DNA of 64,000 nt from Candidatus Latescibacterota bacterium. GTDB lineage: Bacteria; Latescibacterota; CBDEFO01. The notes under the pieces are model-generated. The model was not told where the DNA came from, ran no database searches, and worked only from the letters and a program-made list of their open reading frames with translations. Position numbers and translations under genes: made by a program. The stretch spans positions 2,336,001 through 2,400,000 of the forward strand of contig OZ252149.1 of assembly GCA_965248755.1 (NCBI GenBank). Direction: 5' to 3'. Numbering within the stretch: position 1 is the stretch's first letter; each line of letters begins with the position of its first letter. Shown one piece after another: positions 61,892 through 64,000 of the stretch.

Positions 61892-62362
61892 ATGCCGCAC
61901 TTCATGGGAGAATATGAAAGGGTCAATGTAGATCCGAAGGGGAGGATCAATATACCCTCGTCTTTTCGCAGAACTCTTTCTCCTGAAGCCAGGGAGACCT
62001 TTGTGGTATCAATGGGCTATGATGGGTGTCTTGCGGTTAGGCCTTTAGACGAGTGGAACAAGTTTACGGATGAAATAAGACGGTTGTCCACAAATGAGAA
62101 GAAGGCGAGGCAGTATATAAGGACTGTGGTTTCTCGTGCGTCTGAGGCCAAGATAGACAGTCACGGGCGGATAACTGTACCAAAGGCGCTTTTAGAGAAG
62201 GTGGGCATTGATGGTAGCGTAACGGTGATTGGGGCTTTAGACTGGATAGAGTTGTGGGACCCCGAGAAATTTGAAGACTACATGAAGGATGCTGACAAGA
62301 CTTTGGAGGAGGTAGCGGAACAGTTAGATTTTAAAAACAAGGGAGGGACTAACTCAGATTAG
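61892..62362 (+). CDS. mraZ: Division/cell wall cluster transcriptional repressor MraZ
   Basis: FMGEY..VDPKGRINIP, IDSHGRI.VP, IELWD. Confidence 0.96.
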   Translation: MPHFMGEYERVNVDPKGRINIPSSFRRTLSPEARETFVVSMGYDGCLAVRPLDEWNKFTDEIRRLSTNEKKARQYIRTVVSRASEAKIDSHGRITVPKALLEKVGIDGSVTVIGALDWIELWDPEKFEDYMKDADKTLEEVAEQLDFKNKGGTNSD

Positions 62363-62364
62363 TT

Positions 62365-63315
62365 ATGTCCCGGGATTCGGAAGGTTTCCATGTACCTGTG
62401 ATGCCCAGAGAGGTCGTAGAGAGGATAGTAACCGACGCAAATGGAGTGTACGTTGACGCTACGGTCGGAGGAGGAGGGCACGCTGAGTCCATCTTGTCCG
62501 GGTTATCAAGGGGACGTCTAATCGGAATAGATCGGGATCCGGAGGCTATTGCAGCTTCCAGGTTAAAGCTTGACAGGTTTGAAAATAGGGTTGTCCTTTT
62601 CCAGACTGAGTTCTGGAATCTATCTAAAGTTCTCAAGTCAAACAGAATTGATGCGATCGATGGCATTCTGTTCGACTTAGGGGTCTCGTCACATCAGATA
62701 GATACTATGGAAAGGGGATTTAGTTATCGAGGTGACGGTCCCTTGAATATGAGGATGAGCCCTAATATCGGGCTAACGGCTGTAGATGTCTTAAACTCCT
62801 TTCGTTTGGAGGATTTAGTTCGCATATTCAGGGAGTACGGCCAGGAGAGATACGCGCGGAAGATCGCTCAGATAGTGTGTAGAGAAAGGAAGTTGAAGCG
62901 CATAGAAAGTACGCCTGATCTGAGGGAAATTGTAAGATCTGTTTTGCCGACTCAAAGGCATGTTCACAAGACGCTTGCGAGGGTGTTCCAAGCTATAAGG
63001 ATAGAGATTAACCAGGAACTTGTGAATCTGGAGAGTTCTCTGAGAACTGCCATAGATCTGCTTAAGACGAAACGCAGGATAGTCGTGATTTCGTATCACT
63101 CTCTGGAGGATAGAATAGTTAAATCACTGTTCAACGAGTACGTTAAGGGTTGTGTATGTCCGCCGGGTGTTCCGGTTTGCGCCTGCGGCCGAAAGAGCAT
63201 ACTTAATCTTGTTGATCGAAAGGCTATTTTCCCTTCGGCCCTTGAAGTGGAGAAAAATCCGAGAGCAAAAAGCGCAAGGTTAAGAGCAGCTGAGAAATTA
63301 AAGATAGACAGCTAA
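62365..63315 (+). CDS. rsmH: 16S rRNA m4C1402 methyltransferase
   Basis: HVPVM, DATVGGGGH, DLGVSS.Q, FQAIRIEIN, ISYHSLEDR.VK, NPRAKSARLR. Confidence 0.97.
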   Translation: MSRDSEGFHVPVMPREVVERIVTDANGVYVDATVGGGGHAESILSGLSRGRLIGIDRDPEAIAASRLKLDRFENRVVLFQTEFWNLSKVLKSNRIDAIDGILFDLGVSSHQIDTMERGFSYRGDGPLNMRMSPNIGLTAVDVLNSFRLEDLVRIFREYGQERYARKIAQIVCRERKLKRIESTPDLREIVRSVLPTQRHVHKTLARVFQAIRIEINQELVNLESSLRTAIDLLKTKRRIVVISYHSLEDRIVKSLFNEYVKGCVCPPGVPVCACGRKSILNLVDRKAIFPSALEVEKNPRAKSARLRAAEKLKIDS

Positions 63316-63588
63316 ATCTCTATCCTAGTATGTTCAGAAGTAAAGATTAAGCTTGATCTAGTGTCAGTTTGAAGCTAATTCAGTCAAAAGGAGTTGGGTC
63401 GTCATCTCAATACCCATAGTTATCCCAAGGGACTACGAACGTTTTTGCAAATGGTTTCGTGCTTTTTATGTTTTTTAGGGAGCTTTTAAAGATTTGCCGA
63501 ATTAAGTTAACAAGGTTATTGGACTTTACCGAGGCACTTCGGTGAATTATAATCATGAAGTAAGGTCAAGTGTACTGATATTCTACCA

Positions 63589-63909
63589 GTGGCGGAGATA
63601 GGTGGAATGACCCATATAGGAAGAAGACATCGTCGTAGCTTTAGGTACACAAGGAATCTACTCTTCTTGATCGTACTTGTAGGAGGAATGGTAGGTCATA
63701 TTTGGCAGATGTCATCGGTCTCAGAGCTGTCCCAGCAGATTAAGGAGTTGAAGTCGGAAAAGGCGAGAGTAGCGGATAGAAATAGATATCGAAGAGCGGA
63801 ATTTGCAGAGCATACAGACATCAGAAGAATTGTAAAGATAGCCAGAGAAAAACTGGATATGATTTTGCCCCAGGGAACGCCGGTGGAGATCTTTGTGAAG
63901 GATAGATAG
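63589..63909 (+). CDS. ftsL: Cell division protein FtsL-like (start may be 63607)
   Basis: Position after rsmH; basic N-terminus, one TM helix, coiled coil and RIVKIAREKLDM. Confidence 0.8.
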   Translation: MAEIGGMTHIGRRHRRSFRYTRNLLFLIVLVGGMVGHIWQMSSVSELSQQIKELKSEKARVADRNRYRRAEFAEHTDIRRIVKIAREKLDMILPQGTPVEIFVKDR

Positions 63910-64000
63910 AAGCAAATGTGGCGACTATCCCCAATGAATCGTGGAGTTTCTCAGACAGCGCTCGCCAAAGGGGTGCCATGTTAGGGGCTGAAGGCTGCGC

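Noticed and set aside
63910..64000. Start of ftsI
   Set aside because: Expected from dcw gene order, but too little sequence is present to support it.

Overview
This window is the replication-origin region of a diderm bacterial chromosome. The lineage cannot be fixed from the sequence; gene style is compatible with an uncultured FCB-associated candidate phylum, which is inference only. About 55 mostly housekeeping genes are present. From 0.6 to 30.2 kb: punA, accD, holB, metG, tatD, rsmA, recJ, ilvE, proC, hisH/A/F/I, aroF, proB/A, recO, glyQS, trkH, modAB. From 36 kb onward: obgE, a split biotin carboxylase, divergent dnaA and rpmH-rnpA-yidD-yidC-mnmE-mnmG-rsmG, then rsmI, PIP synthase + ino1, tmk, ctpA, tRNA-Gly/tRNA-Cys and mraZ-rsmH-ftsL. 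Non-coding and mobile features include three parS sites, two clear DnaA-box clusters (plus one weak one), one IS3-family element, and two identical inverted copies of an IS1380-family element. The most interesting items are: (1) a compact minus-strand operon at 31.5-35.2 kb (flavin monooxygenase-like protein, TIGR04283-type glycosyltransferase, ArsS-related radical SAM enzyme, CxC metallophosphoesterase) that looks like an uncharacterised organoarsenic or arsenosugar-like pathway; (2) a family of nested palindromic repeats, one inserted in frame inside proA; (3) a GyrA-like helical segment inserted in the S41 protease; (4) an unusual origin layout, with no dnaN after dnaA and no parAB after rsmG, both gaps holding DnaA boxes; (5) an orphan 659-aa beta-barrel; and (6) many eroded accessory genes. 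All family assignments come from motif recognition by eye; no database search was run.
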